Shown: in pieces, positions 1 to 10,627 of the stretch
Layout: every line of letters starts with the position of its first letter
Numbering within the stretch: the stretch's first letter is position 1
DNA from: an uncultured Christensenellaceae bacterium
GTDB lineage: Bacteria; Bacillota; Clostridia; Christensenellales; UBA3700
NCBI GenBank assembly: GCA_944380305.1
Contig: CALWHF010000001.1
Location: 75,600-139,599, forward strand
Length of the DNA stretch: 64,000 nt
Reading direction: 5' to 3'
Program-made: the position numbers and the translations under genes
The notes under the pieces: model-generated
The model's database searches: none
What the model was told of the DNA's origin: nothing
What the model saw: the letters and a program-made list of their open reading frames with translations, nothing else

Positions 1-546
1 CTGTATACCCGTCTCGTTCTGATATTTCTGGATGTTGAGATATTCTTCCTCGGTAAAGTCCTTGAATATCACTCCGTTTGCATGATATGTGTCAAGACGG
101 AACGAGTAATATGTCGTCTTTTTTCTGCCGTTCTCGACCTCATACGTCGAATATTCCTGATTTTTCACGGCATTATGCCCTGTCTCGATACCCATAGCAT
201 AGTAATAATAGAACATCTCTTTCGTCAGTTCTTTTTCCTGGCAACCGTCCCAGAAGTCTATGCCCAGAGCTTCGGACAACGCGCTCTTAGGCAAAGTATA
301 TCTGAATCTTTCGTCATTGTATTTGACGTCGTACTGAGAAATAAGCGGAGCTATTATCGCATAAAGCACGAGGAAACCTATTATTATTGCAGCCAGAACA
401 GACGCTTTGTTCCTTCTGAATCTGTTGAAAGCGTCCTTGAAGTACCCGACGGGTTTTGTATCCAGTTTCTGATCGTGTCTGAGATCGCCTACGGAAGCGA
501 ACTCGAACATTTCCTTGGGGATGTCGTTATAATTCTTATTTTCCAT
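1..546 (-). CDS. ABC transporter permease, OppC/DppC-like (5' part only; gene runs off the left window edge)
   Basis: Not in the ORF track because it is open at the window edge. My own reverse-strand translation from ATG 546..544 reads MENKNYNDIPKEMFEFASVGDLRHDQKLDTKPVGYFKDAFNRFRRNKASVLAAIIIGFLVLYAIIAPLISQY... with no stop down to position 1. A basic stretch followed by a first TM helix is typical of OppC N-termini. The ATG lies 1 nt after the stop of the OppB-like gene. Confidence 0.6.
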   Translation of the reverse strand, partial: MENKNYNDIPKEMFEFASVGDLRHDQKLDTKPVGYFKDAFNRFRRNKASVLAAIIIGFLVLYAIIAPLISQYDVKYNDERFRYTLPKSALSEALGIDFWDGCQEKELTKEMFYYYYAMGIETGHNAVKNQEYSTYEVENGRKKTTYYSFRLDTYHANGVIFKDFTEEEYLNIQKYQNETGIQ

Positions 547-547
547 A

Positions 548-1507
548 TTATCTCGCCCCCATTCTTATTCTCGGATCTATGATACCGTAGCTGATGTCTA
601 TAACTATACCCGCCGCCAAGCCTACGAACGTGTAGAATCCCGAAAGCATCATGAAAAAGTCGTAGTCCTGCGTGTTTATCGAATCGAGATACAGCTTGCC
701 TACGCCGGGTATCGCGAATATCTTTTCTATGACCAGCGAACCGCTGAGAACGCTGATGAACTCGCCGATTATCATCGGGAATATAGGCACCATCGCGTTT
801 CTCAAGGCATGCCGAACCGTAGCCTGACTCCGCGTCAGACCTTTGGTCCTCGCAAGCAACATGAATTCGCTCGTCAACACCTCGGTAAGCTCTGCCCTTG
901 TAAATCTCGCGTAGCCCGCTATACTCCCAAACGAAAGCGCGAAAACCGCCGGGAGCATTGACAAAAACATCGAAGGCGACGCATAATCGTAACCCGAATT
1001 CATAGTCAGCGGAAACCAACCCAGTTCAAAACATAGCAGATACTGTATCAGAAAAGCGTAGACGTAACTCGGCACGGAAATGACGATCATGACCGTCGTG
1101 CTTATCGTATGATCCTGCCATTTGTTCTTTTTAAGAGCGGCAAGAATGCCCAGCCCGAGTCCTATCGGGACCGCTATCAGAACCGAATATATGTTTATCA
1201 GTATCGTCGGGGGAAGTTTCTCGAGAAATACTTCGAGAACGGGCTGGTTGCGGTATTCGGGCATATTGACGCCTATACCGAAGTCCCCCTCGAATATTCT
1301 CCTGACGTAGTTTATAAACTGAACGGGGATGGGATCGTAATATCCTCTCGCCTCGATCTGTGCCTTTATGATGTCTGCGTCCTGTCCTATATTCACGTTT
1401 ATGACTATGGGCAGCAGCTTTATCAATACAAAGCACATTATCATAATGATGAGAAAGGTCATAAGCATCAGTCCGATTCTCTTCATTATGTATTTGAACA
1501 TATACAT
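548..1507 (-). CDS. ABC transporter permease, OppB/DppB-like
   Basis: 319-aa ORF with a multi-TM pattern (IGLMLMTFLIIMIMCFVLIKLL...). It has the conserved cytoplasmic loop of binding-protein-dependent permeases (LLARTKGLTRSQATVRHALRNAMVPI). It lies downstream of a solute-binding lipoprotein gene. Confidence 0.85.
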   Translation of the reverse strand: MYMFKYIMKRIGLMLMTFLIIMIMCFVLIKLLPIVINVNIGQDADIIKAQIEARGYYDPIPVQFINYVRRIFEGDFGIGVNMPEYRNQPVLEVFLEKLPPTILINIYSVLIAVPIGLGLGILAALKKNKWQDHTISTTVMIVISVPSYVYAFLIQYLLCFELGWFPLTMNSGYDYASPSMFLSMLPAVFALSFGSIAGYARFTRAELTEVLTSEFMLLARTKGLTRSQATVRHALRNAMVPIFPMIIGEFISVLSGSLVIEKIFAIPGVGKLYLDSINTQDYDFFMMLSGFYTFVGLAAGIVIDISYGIIDPRIRMGAR

Positions 1508-1709
1508 AATTCGCGCTTCTCCTTTGGTGTAAATAAGCGTAATGCCATTGGTGTCCGCGTCGCATTTGCCGATGCGGATAACAATAGTATTATCCTATCA
1601 ATAATGATTAAACGCGTACGCGTTCTATAACGCGCGTGCGCATATTACACGCAAGCAGCGGGAACGGCATTGCTGCCGCCCCACTGCGATGTGTTTGCAT
1701 TGTTTCAGC

Positions 1710-4184
1710 TTATTTGTAGTTGAGCTGTCCGCCCTTCGAGCTGACGTAATCAGCCCAGTCGCCGTTGTTGTAATTGTAGGTCATATACCTGATGCCGCCG
1801 TAACCCATGAAGGTGTTGTACTCATAGCTGATATAGTCCGTCTTGAAAGACATCAGGGACGCACTGTATTCGTTGAACATCGGCAGAGTGTAATATGCAA
1901 GGAGCACCTGCTCTTCGAGAGCCGCGATAAGAGGAAGTCTGGTTTCCTGAGATACCGCGTTTGCAGACCAGTCGTATGCACTACCTGCGATACCGTTAAG
2001 GCAGTTGTACCAATCCATAAGGCTCATCGTAAGCTCAGTATCCTTATAGGTGCCGTCTTCCTGTTTAACGGGCATCGTGAAGGTCATCTGCTGAGAGGAG
2101 GTATCCCAAGCTGCGGAATACATATAATCGGGAGAGAGGTATGCGAGCAGGAAGTAGCCCGGATCCCATGCAGCGCCCGTCCAGCCTCCGGCACATACGT
2201 CGTACGCACCGCTTCTGAAGTCGTCTGCCCACGCGTCGCCGAAAGACGCATCGAAAACGAGTTCGAACTTACCCTCGAGCTTGGTGCCGACCATAAGCTC
2301 CGTCCATGAATTCTTGACAAACTCGAAATTACGTCTCTGAGCTTCGTTGTCTACCGCGGTACCCCAGACGAGCTGTACTTTGTCGCCTTCTTTCATCTTG
2401 CCGTCAGCAATAGCCTTGTCGTAAGCCTGATCTATAAGCGCTCTTGCCTGAACAAGGTCGTAACCGGTGATAGCGTCGACAGCTTCGTCGAGAGAAGCAT
2501 ACTTGCTTACGTCGATACCGTATACGTTGCAGAGAACCTGCTTAGCAGCGTCGGTTTCACGGTAAGCGCCGCCGTTTTCAACGTCGTAGTAGTGCATGGT
2601 GTTGTAAAGACCGAAACCTGCAAGAGAGCTGGTCGTGCAAGCGCTTGCATAAGCGGCACGGTCGATACCGAGAGAAAGTGCCTTTCTGAACTCAGTGTAA
2701 GTCAGGATGGTCTTGTTGATACCCGCGCTTTCTCTGTTCTTCAGAGCTTCTTCGCTGGACTGCAGCTGGAAGGAAGAAACAAAGTCGGTCGGGGTGAAGT
2801 AAGCCTGTTCGCTGCCCTTGTAGTCGGAAGCGATGGAAACGTCGATGCCGATACCGTCGATCTCGCCCTTCTGGAACTTAAGCCAAGCGGTTTCCCACTC
2901 GCCGATAGTTTCGCAGACGATCTTATCGGTCTGATACTGACCGGGATAGAGGTTTGCGGTATAGCCGTACCAGTTTTCGTTTCTTTCGAGAACATACTCT
3001 TTACCGGACTGGAAGGAGGTCAGCTTGTACGGACCCCAGCTTGCGGTGGTTGCTACGCTGCTGTTGTAATTGGAAGTCCACAGAGTGGAACCGGTTACGG
3101 GAGCCTGCTTGCAGGACTCGTAAAGATCCTTCTTAACGAGAGGCAGCGAAGCAAGCTGATATGCAGCCATATAAGAGAGCGATCCGTCTGCCTTGAGAAG
3201 CGGGATAGCCTTGTCGAGGACAAGAACGAGTTCGTACTCGTTGTCGCCTACGAAAATACCTACGTCTTCAAAGTCAACTTCGGGATAAACGTAATCTTTG
3301 ATAACGGAAAGCATAGCGACTTCTGCATCCGGAGCAGGATTCCAGTCCTTGCATTTACCGTAATCAGCGATCATTGCGTCGGTAACGGGGATCTGTCCGC
3401 TTTCAACTGCTTCGAGGTCGTACTTAGCGAAGAAGTTCTGTCCGAGAGACTCGCCGTTTTCATCGTACATCGTGAAGTAACCGTCGAGATAACCGGCAGC
3501 CTTTGCCTGAGCGTAGTTGACACCCAACCATTCGCCGAAAGCAGCGTTGACAGCGTTCATGTCAAGATAAAGATCGGTATAACCTGCTTCCTTTGCAGCA
3601 GCGATGCCGCTGAACAGGTTGGAAACGGTTTCGTCTACTACAAGACCCTGCTTAGCATAGCCCTGAGCGTTGTGGATAACAGTACCGCTGTTGTAATAGC
3701 TGTCTGCACGGTAGTTTCTGAAGAGCGGGTTGAGCTGCTCTTTCATCGTGTAAACGAAGTCTTCAGCCTTGATCGGAGTGCCGTCGTTCCACTTCAGGTC
3801 GTTTCTCAGAGTGATCTTCCAAGCATAGCCGGTAGCGCCCTCGGCGTAACCGTATTCTTTTGCGTACTCAGCGGTTACGTCTTCCAGCTTGGTAGCAGCG
3901 GAATACTTGACATCGAAATCACCGGTAACTATATTTCCGTCTTCGTCGAACTTGTAGTCAAATTCGAAGAAAGGACTGGAAATGTAGCTCATGATCTGTC
4001 TATCGTTCTCATCCTGATAGGTCAGCTCGTTCCAGTTGGAAGGAGAAACCGCCGTATACGTATTGTACGTGTACAAGTCAGCATCCGGATCGTCCTTCTT
4101 ACAAGCAACAAACGAGAAGACCGTGGTAAACACCACTGCAACGATGATGAGCAAAGTCATCATCTTCTTCAATGATTTGTTCAT
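1710..4184 (-). CDS. ABC transporter substrate-binding lipoprotein (Opp/Dpp family-5-like, unusually long at 824 aa)
   Basis: Lipoprotein signal MNKSLKKMMTLLIIVAVVFTTVFSFVAC followed by a long soluble domain. It heads the two permease genes on the same strand. The family call is from overall sequence character, not a search. Confidence 0.7.
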   Translation of the reverse strand: MNKSLKKMMTLLIIVAVVFTTVFSFVACKKDDPDADLYTYNTYTAVSPSNWNELTYQDENDRQIMSYISSPFFEFDYKFDEDGNIVTGDFDVKYSAATKLEDVTAEYAKEYGYAEGATGYAWKITLRNDLKWNDGTPIKAEDFVYTMKEQLNPLFRNYRADSYYNSGTVIHNAQGYAKQGLVVDETVSNLFSGIAAAKEAGYTDLYLDMNAVNAAFGEWLGVNYAQAKAAGYLDGYFTMYDENGESLGQNFFAKYDLEAVESGQIPVTDAMIADYGKCKDWNPAPDAEVAMLSVIKDYVYPEVDFEDVGIFVGDNEYELVLVLDKAIPLLKADGSLSYMAAYQLASLPLVKKDLYESCKQAPVTGSTLWTSNYNSSVATTASWGPYKLTSFQSGKEYVLERNENWYGYTANLYPGQYQTDKIVCETIGEWETAWLKFQKGEIDGIGIDVSIASDYKGSEQAYFTPTDFVSSFQLQSSEEALKNRESAGINKTILTYTEFRKALSLGIDRAAYASACTTSSLAGFGLYNTMHYYDVENGGAYRETDAAKQVLCNVYGIDVSKYASLDEAVDAITGYDLVQARALIDQAYDKAIADGKMKEGDKVQLVWGTAVDNEAQRRNFEFVKNSWTELMVGTKLEGKFELVFDASFGDAWADDFRSGAYDVCAGGWTGAAWDPGYFLLAYLSPDYMYSAAWDTSSQQMTFTMPVKQEDGTYKDTELTMSLMDWYNCLNGIAGSAYDWSANAVSQETRLPLIAALEEQVLLAYYTLPMFNEYSASLMSFKTDYISYEYNTFMGYGGIRYMTYNYNNGDWADYVSSKGGQLNYK

Positions 4185-4436
4185 ATAAAATCCTCCGTTT
4201 TTATTATGCGCCTTTCGCGCTTTTTCTCTAATTTATTATCGACATACGCCCGTATGCCGCCGCCGACCCGTGCCGACGGAAAAACCCGACTGGTTTTCAA
4301 ACCGTTTTTAACGATATTTTAATTCTAGTATAGCGTGTGCCGGTTTGTCAACACACATTTGCGCTTTTATTCGTGTATGCGTAATTTAATACACATATGT
4401 GTACGTCGCGTGAAAACCTTAGATTTTATCATATCG

Positions 4437-5993
4437 TCATTTCGACAGAATTATCGTGGTTACGCTTCCGGCGGGAGCGTTATACGTCGTTCCGTAATTC
4501 CCGTCGTAGACCTGCTCGAGATCCTTGTCCGCGCTCGTTTCCCACGCCTGAAGCGTCGCGTAACCCGCAGGCAGATTTATGTCGGTCGCAGACTTGCCCG
4601 CATTCGTCAGCACGACGACTATCCTGCCGTCCGCCTTCTTGAAAACGGTCGCGAAAACCCCGTCGGACGCATTGTCGACATACCCCTCGACGCGCTTATC
4701 GCCCGTATCGACGAATTTAGAGTAATTGCCCATGACCCAGTAGCGTTTGGTCGGTCTGACTTCTCCGTTCTCGCTGCCCCACATCCATGTTACGATCCCG
4801 TCGTTGTAGTCGTCGCAGCTCGTTGCCATCCACCAGCACCATGCGCGTGCGCCCAGGTTGACGAAATCCTTGTTCATGACTTCGGAAAGCCACAACGCGC
4901 TGTCCATACCATCGTCGAGTCCCGCCTCCATATAGCAGATCTCGCTCATCTCGATATTTATCCTGTCGCCGTAAAGGTTGTTCAGCATATAGACGAAAGA
5001 CTCTCTTGCCTCGACGGAAACGGGCGAACCGTACGAATGCACGCTTATGGTATCTATCTCTTCGAACCAGTCGTACTTGCTCATCGCGTATATGTATTCC
5101 ATTACCCTGCCCTTGGATTTGTACACGTCGTAATTGCCGCTCTCGAACACGTCCATCTTGACGTTCGTGCCGTTAGCCTCATTGAATTCTTTGAGATATC
5201 CGTAGAATTTGTCATAGAACGCCGCAAGTTCTTTCGGCTCGTAGTGACACCCCTCCTGCGGAGCGTTCTCCCCTCCCCACGAATGCTGAGGTTCGTTTAT
5301 CGCGCTGACAGCTTCAACCCCGAGCCCCAGACCGTTGACGACGTAATCGAGATATTTTATCAGATATTCGCAGTACGCGTCATAGTTTTCCGCGGGAAGA
5401 TTGCTCTGGTACGCATAATCGCCGTTTGTCTTGCCCGATACGGTAAGAAGGTAGTGCGGCGAGTTTGCAAACAGAATTATCCTTTCTACAGTCGAGCCTT
5501 CCTGCGTAGCGCACAGCTTCATGAATTCGAGAGCGTTTTCGTCCTTTGAAAAATCGTAATTGTCGGGATCCGCAAAGTTTTCAGCCGCGCTCAGCGACTC
5601 ATCGTAATTGTCTGCGATGAACGCAGACTGCGTATTGCGGTATTCGGGAAACACTACGAAATCTCCAGCCCCGTGTTCGTTATACGCATTATAGTCCCAC
5701 GACCCGCCGCCTATATTGTAGCGGTATATCGAAAGAGCTATACCCTCTTCGCTGTAAAGGCTTTCCGCAAGATCGGTCGCCGACTGCGAACCGACGGGCA
5801 CGGTCTGCGCCCACCATGCCGCCGACGCGCCGAAGCCCGTCACGGACTGATACTCTTTGTCCGCATCTATCACGAGGTAATTGTCTAGCCCCTGCGGATT
5901 AGCGGGATTTTCGCCGCAAGCAGTCGCGACGCCCAGCGTGAAACACAATGATAACACGATACATATCGCAAAAACCGTTCTCTTTTTCATCAT
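4437..5993 (-). CDS. Glycoside hydrolase family 30-like lipoprotein
   Basis: 518 aa with signal plus lipobox MMKKRTVFAICIVLSLCFTLGVATAC. GFGASAAWW near the N-terminus and AINEPQHSWGG (NEP acid/base motif) are GH30-type signatures. Confidence 0.65.
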   Translation of the reverse strand: MMKKRTVFAICIVLSLCFTLGVATACGENPANPQGLDNYLVIDADKEYQSVTGFGASAAWWAQTVPVGSQSATDLAESLYSEEGIALSIYRYNIGGGSWDYNAYNEHGAGDFVVFPEYRNTQSAFIADNYDESLSAAENFADPDNYDFSKDENALEFMKLCATQEGSTVERIILFANSPHYLLTVSGKTNGDYAYQSNLPAENYDAYCEYLIKYLDYVVNGLGLGVEAVSAINEPQHSWGGENAPQEGCHYEPKELAAFYDKFYGYLKEFNEANGTNVKMDVFESGNYDVYKSKGRVMEYIYAMSKYDWFEEIDTISVHSYGSPVSVEARESFVYMLNNLYGDRINIEMSEICYMEAGLDDGMDSALWLSEVMNKDFVNLGARAWCWWMATSCDDYNDGIVTWMWGSENGEVRPTKRYWVMGNYSKFVDTGDKRVEGYVDNASDGVFATVFKKADGRIVVVLTNAGKSATDINLPAGYATLQAWETSADKDLEQVYDGNYGTTYNAPAGSVTTIILSK

Positions 5994-6541
5994 TCCGCCT
6001 CCTTAATGTCGTCTGCCTTCTGCGCGTTCTCCCCGCCAGCGTTCTCTTTCTCTTCCGAGTCCTTTCCGACCGCGAATTTCACGCCGCAGAATCCTCTCGC
6101 GACCGCAAGCCCGGCAGCGATCAGAGAAAACGTACCCGCTACTATCGCGGGAGCCGCAAGCTCTACGCCTGCTTTTCTGTACATATCGGCGAGCTCTTCG
6201 TCATATTTGGCGAGATAGATCTCTTTCATACAGAACATAACTATCCCCGCCGCGAGCATCAGGACCGCCGCCGCGAAATACACCTTTCTCTCCTTGAACG
6301 GCAGCACCGTTGCCGCCGCGCACAGCAACGGTATCAGATACGCGAAAAATACACGGGCATTGAAGTGCAGCCCGTCTATCATAACGTCGAACGCTATCTT
6401 GAACGCGGGCAGACCGTCGCCGCCTTTGTCCCCTACCGCGTCGGCAAAAAACAGCCCGAACGCGACGAGAGCGAAACAGCTTGTCGCTAGCCCTAGCACA
6501 AACTCGGCTTTAGAAGGCTTTTCAAACACGTTTTTCAACAT
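5990..6541 (-). CDS. Small integral membrane protein, unknown function
   Basis: 183 aa with several hydrophobic helices and an acidic C-terminal tail. It overlaps the GH30 start by 4 nt, which suggests an operon. Confidence 0.5.
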   Translation of the reverse strand: MLKNVFEKPSKAEFVLGLATSCFALVAFGLFFADAVGDKGGDGLPAFKIAFDVMIDGLHFNARVFFAYLIPLLCAAATVLPFKERKVYFAAAVLMLAAGIVMFCMKEIYLAKYDEELADMYRKAGVELAAPAIVAGTFSLIAAGLAVARGFCGVKFAVGKDSEEKENAGGENAQKADDIKEAE

Positions 6542-6729
6542 TTTTCTTCTCCCTTACACAATAGATTTGAGATTTATGTAACAATAATATCATAAATCAA
6601 CGCAAAGGGCAACGAAGTCGACAAAAGCTGCCGCTCTCCCGTCATTATTTTTTGTCGCCGTCATGCGTCCCGCAATCCTGTTTTGTGTTGCTTTATCCCA
6701 AAATCGCACATATTTTTCAAGGTTATTTA

Positions 6730-6758
6730 TTGACTAAACACACTCTCGGTGGTATAAT
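6730..6758 (+). promoter_or_regulatory. Sigma-A-type promoter of the nan operon
   Basis: TTGACT (6730-6735), a 17-nt spacer, then TATAAT (6753-6758), about 55 nt upstream of the nanH start. Confidence 0.45.
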
Positions 6759-6812
6759 TAAATCGCTTTGGAAGGAGTCTTTCGACGCCGTCCGAAATAC
6801 TGAGGAGTGTCT

Positions 6813-8138
6813 ATGATTTCTGAACCGTACGCTTTGTTTTCATCGAAACGCGGACCTGCGGGCAATTACCGCATTCCGTCCATAATAACGACAGGTCGCG
6901 GCACTTTGGTAGCCTGCGCCGACGCGCGCTATTTCACTTGCAGTGACAACCCCAACAGGATCGATAAAGCCGTATGCCGTTCTTTCGACAACGGCAGAAC
7001 GTGGGAGAACGTCTCGATCGCGGTCGCCGAAGAAGGCGAAAGCATGCAGTTTTCATCGGCGGCGATCGACCCTTGTCTTCTCTACGACGACGAAAGCGAC
7101 AAGATCTTCATGATATACAGTCATACCCCTGCGGGAGTCGGCATACTCAACAGCAGACGAGGCACGGGGTTCGACGGACAAGGCAGACAAATTATAGTCA
7201 GAGGCAACAAAAAGTACTTCCTCTCAAACGACGGCAGACTTCTGGACAAAAACGGTACTACTCCCTATACCGTATCCGAAAACGGCGACGTCTTCGAAAA
7301 CGGCAATAAAATCGGTAACGTAAAAACGCTGGAAGGCGGATTTACCGAATACCGCACGTCATATTTGTACATCTGCGAAAGCTCTGACGACGGTGCGACC
7401 TGGAGCGAACCGGTCTGCATATCCCGTCAGGTAAAAGAGGACTATATGTGCTTTATCGGCTGCGGTCCCGGCGTCGGAATAAAGATTAAACACGGCGCGC
7501 ACAAAGGCAGGCTCGTCGTGCCGATATACTTCACTCCCCGTTTCTGGCCGCTTATGGAATGTACCGCCTGCATATACAGCGACGACGGCGGCAAGACGTG
7601 GAAACGCGGAGGCGCGGCGGGAGAAAACCGCAAACGCCTGGGGCTGTTCAGGGTCGGACACAGATTTATCGCCGACGGCGAACGTACCAGCGAATCGCAG
7701 ATAATAGAGCTGCCCGACGGTTCTCTCAAGGTCTTCGTGCGTAACCACGCCTCGTGCAGAAAGGTCGCGGTTGCCGAAAGTCGCGACGGCGGAGAAAGCT
7801 GGCAGGGCTACCGTCATATCGACGTGCCGCAATGTATCTGCCAGATAAGCGCGATAAACGTCACGGACGGCGAAAAAGAGGCTACTCTGCTGCTCAACGC
7901 GTCCGACCCTAAAAAGAGGGAACACGGCGTTATCAGACTGTCTTACGACTACGGGGAGACCTTCCCGTACGCGGCGGTCATAAAGGAAGGCGAATTCGTG
8001 TACAGCAGCATGTGTCAGGCAAAAGACGGCACGATATGCGTGCTCTACGAAGGCAGCACAAAGCACGAAACGGTGGACTTTGTCACGCTCACCGTCGAGG
8101 ATATAAAGAAAAACAATATCAATAAACAAGAAGGCTGA
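6813..8138 (+). CDS. nanH: Exo-alpha-sialidase (GH33), no signal peptide
   Basis: YRIPS (RIP) motif in GNYRIPSIITT. Four Asp boxes: SFDNGRTW, SSDDGATW, SDDGGKTW, SRDGGESW. Start moved to ATG 6813, 5 nt after GAGGAG; the track start 6807 is a GTG inside the RBS. Confidence 0.9.
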   Translation: MISEPYALFSSKRGPAGNYRIPSIITTGRGTLVACADARYFTCSDNPNRIDKAVCRSFDNGRTWENVSIAVAEEGESMQFSSAAIDPCLLYDDESDKIFMIYSHTPAGVGILNSRRGTGFDGQGRQIIVRGNKKYFLSNDGRLLDKNGTTPYTVSENGDVFENGNKIGNVKTLEGGFTEYRTSYLYICESSDDGATWSEPVCISRQVKEDYMCFIGCGPGVGIKIKHGAHKGRLVVPIYFTPRFWPLMECTACIYSDDGGKTWKRGGAAGENRKRLGLFRVGHRFIADGERTSESQIIELPDGSLKVFVRNHASCRKVAVAESRDGGESWQGYRHIDVPQCICQISAINVTDGEKEATLLLNASDPKKREHGVIRLSYDYGETFPYAAVIKEGEFVYSSMCQAKDGTICVLYEGSTKHETVDFVTLTVEDIKKNNINKQEG

Positions 8139-8140
8139 AT

Positions 8141-8815
8141 ATGGCACATCTCAACAGAGGACTCATTGTCTCTTGTCAGGCGGTAAAGGGCGAACCCCTG
8201 TACGGTCTCGGCATAATGAAGTACATGGCTCGCGCGGCGGTCGCGGGCGGCGCGGTAGGCATACGCGCGAATTACGTCAGCGACATCGTGGACATACGCT
8301 CCGAAGTGGACGTCCCGATCATCTGCATCATCAAGGCGGAATACGAGGACAGCGAGGTCTACATAACTCCCACGAAAAAAGAGGTGGACGACCTCATAAA
8401 TTGCGGAGCGAAGGTCATAGCTCTCGACGCGACGCTGAGAAAACGTCCCGGCGGCGTGACTCTCAAAAAACTCGTCGATTATGTCAGAAAGACCGCTCCC
8501 GACGTCGAACTGATGGCGGATTGCAGCGACTACGACGAGGCGAAGAACGCTGCGGAACTCGGTTTCGATTACGTCGGCACGACTCTTCGCGGCTACACCT
8601 CGTACACCAAAGGCATCCAACTGCCCGACGTGGACTTCATCGCAAAGCTCGTCAAAGACTTCCCCGATACCAAGATCATCGCGGAAGGCGGCATCTGGGA
8701 GCGCGGTCAGCTCGAAAAGGTATGGGCGACGGGCGTTTACGCCGTCGTTATCGGCAGCTCGATCACAAGACCCAAGGACATCACAAAACGCTTTGCAGAG
8801 GTAATAAACAAGTGA
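8141..8815 (+). CDS. nanE: N-acetylmannosamine-6-phosphate 2-epimerase
   Basis: 224 aa with GLIVSCQAVKGEPL near the N-terminus and a TIM-barrel-like pattern typical of NanE. It sits within the nan cluster. Confidence 0.85.
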   Translation: MAHLNRGLIVSCQAVKGEPLYGLGIMKYMARAAVAGGAVGIRANYVSDIVDIRSEVDVPIICIIKAEYEDSEVYITPTKKEVDDLINCGAKVIALDATLRKRPGGVTLKKLVDYVRKTAPDVELMADCSDYDEAKNAAELGFDYVGTTLRGYTSYTKGIQLPDVDFIAKLVKDFPDTKIIAEGGIWERGQLEKVWATGVYAVVIGSSITRPKDITKRFAEVINK

Positions 8816-9687
8816 AGATCGCCTGTATAGACGTGGGCGGTACGACGATAAAGTCCGCCGTTGTCAACGTTGAAAACCCCAAGGATATAAACGGCTACTC
8901 TCTGGGCACATTTTCATTTGTGCCTACCGAAGCCGCAAAAGGCTTTGAGAAGATACGCGCCAACATTCATGCGTCGATAGCTTCTCTCGTGCAGAAGCAC
9001 GGATGCGAACGCATTGCCGTTTCCACCGCAGGCACGGTCGACTGGGACAGCGGAAAAGTCACCTACGCGACAGATGCTCTGCCGGGCTTTACAGGATACG
9101 ATTTCTGCCGCGACGTCAGGGATACGTTCTCCCTGCCTTCGACGGTCATCAATGACGCCACCGCGGCGGCGGTCGCCGAACATTATTACGGCAATCCCGA
9201 AGGACGCGACGTAGTGCTGACACTCGGCACGGGTCTCGGCAGTGCGCTGGTCAAACCGGGCATCCTCGACAAGGGCTGCGTCGAAGACCTGCACCTCGGG
9301 CATATAATCCTGCACGAAGACGGATTCCTCTGCAAATGCGGCAAACGCGGTTGCGCAGAACAGTACGTATCCGCAAGCGCGCTCAAACGCGATTCGGGTC
9401 AGAACGACATCACCCGCGTGTTCACGGACGCAAAATTCGCCAAGGCGAAAGCGGACTTCTTCGACAATATGCGCAGAGTCGTAGAAGTGGCAATCGATAA
9501 ATACGCTCCCGACGACGTAGTCATCGGCGGAGGCGTGGTAGAAATCAAAAAACTGTGGTGGAACGACTTCGTCGCTCAATGCGGCGAGCGCGCGCAAAAA
9601 GCTCTCCGCCCCGCGAAACTCGCCAACAAAGCGGGCGTACTCGGCGCGGCATATTCCGCAATGTGCGGCAAATTCGGAAATCAATAA
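8812..9687 (+). CDS. nanK: ROK-family sugar kinase (probable N-acetylmannosamine kinase)
   Basis: GTG 8812 overlaps the nanE stop (GTGA). The product starts VKIACIDVGGTTIKSAVV (ROK ATP-binding motif) and carries the Cys-rich ROK zinc motif CKCGKRGCAEQY. The long Arg-rich N-terminal extension in the ORF track (8173-) overlaps nanE and is rejected. Confidence 0.8.
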   Translation: MKIACIDVGGTTIKSAVVNVENPKDINGYSLGTFSFVPTEAAKGFEKIRANIHASIASLVQKHGCERIAVSTAGTVDWDSGKVTYATDALPGFTGYDFCRDVRDTFSLPSTVINDATAAAVAEHYYGNPEGRDVVLTLGTGLGSALVKPGILDKGCVEDLHLGHIILHEDGFLCKCGKRGCAEQYVSASALKRDSGQNDITRVFTDAKFAKAKADFFDNMRRVVEVAIDKYAPDDVVIGGGVVEIKKLWWNDFVAQCGERAQKALRPAKLANKAGVLGAAYSAMCGKFGNQ

Positions 9688-9707
9688 CCCATTCGGAGGA
9701 TATACTC

Positions 9708-10598
9708 ATGATCGACAAAAACAAGTTCAAGGGCGTGTTGCCCGCATTGCTGACCCCGTTCGACAAGGACGGCAACGTAAGCAAATCGTCGGTAGACAAA
9801 CTTGTCAGATACAACCTCAAAAAAGGCGTCAACGGCTTCTACGTAGGCGGTTCGACCGGCGAAGGCATTCTCCTTACCATAGAGGAGAGGATCGCGCTGT
9901 TCAACTACGCGGCTGAAGCCAACGAAGGCAAATCCACCCTTATCGCACACGTCGGCACTATCGCCACCAAGCACGCGATCGAGATGGCTAAGGGCGCAGA
10001 AAAAGCGGGCTTCGACGCGATAAGTGCAGTCGCACCTTACTACTTCAAGTTCGGCACCGAGGCTATCAAACAATATTATTACGACATAGCGTCCAGCGTA
10101 AACATCCCGATGATAATCTACAATTTCCCCGGCGCAAACGGTTTCTCTCTCGACAAGGAGACCGCCGAAAACATGTTCGCGGCAAACGACAAGTTCATCG
10201 GCATCAAGCACACGACTTCGGATATGTACGCTCTGCAACAGTTCAAGACGATGAAGGCAGACCCGATCGTCTACAACGGTTTCGACGAGATGTTCCTCGG
10301 CGGACTCGCTATGGGCGCGGACGGCGGTATCGGCAGCACTTACAACTTCATGGCTGAAAAGTTCATCGGTATCTACAACGCATTCAAGAAGGGCGACATC
10401 AAAGAAGCTCAGCGCGTTCAGAACGAGGCAAACGAGATCATCAACGTCCTCATCAAATACGGCGTATTCGCAAGCGAAAAATACGTGCTCGACTGCCTCG
10501 GTATTCCTATGGGCGGTTGCCGCAAGCCTTTCCTTCCCCTCTGCGAAGAAGGCAAGAAGGTACTCGCCGATATAGCTAAACAGTTCCCTACGGCATAA
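9708..10598 (+). CDS. nanA: N-acetylneuraminate lyase
   Basis: ATG 9708 follows GGAGGA. MIDKNKFKGVLPALLTPFDKDGNV...GFYVGGSTGE is a DHDPS/NAL-family signature. It sits within the nan cluster. Confidence 0.9.
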   Translation: MIDKNKFKGVLPALLTPFDKDGNVSKSSVDKLVRYNLKKGVNGFYVGGSTGEGILLTIEERIALFNYAAEANEGKSTLIAHVGTIATKHAIEMAKGAEKAGFDAISAVAPYYFKFGTEAIKQYYYDIASSVNIPMIIYNFPGANGFSLDKETAENMFAANDKFIGIKHTTSDMYALQQFKTMKADPIVYNGFDEMFLGGLAMGADGGIGSTYNFMAEKFIGIYNAFKKGDIKEAQRVQNEANEIINVLIKYGVFASEKYVLDCLGIPMGGCRKPFLPLCEEGKKVLADIAKQFPTA

Positions 10599-10627
10599 AA
10601 GACAAATAACATACCGAGGAGGAAATT

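Noticed and set aside
2592-4175. 527-aa plus-strand ORF opposite the binding-protein gene. Similar long antisense ORFs occur at 25966-27579, 39482-40861, 41470-43464 and 47655-49103.
   Set aside because: All lie entirely inside, and antisense to, genes with strong family signatures. This is a codon-bias artefact that recurs across the window, so I do not count them as overlapping genes.
8173-8811. N-terminal 213-codon extension of the ROK kinase ORF
   Set aside because: It overlaps nanE in another frame and is Arg/Gly-rich nonsense. The ROK motif begins right after GTG 8812, which overlaps the nanE stop.
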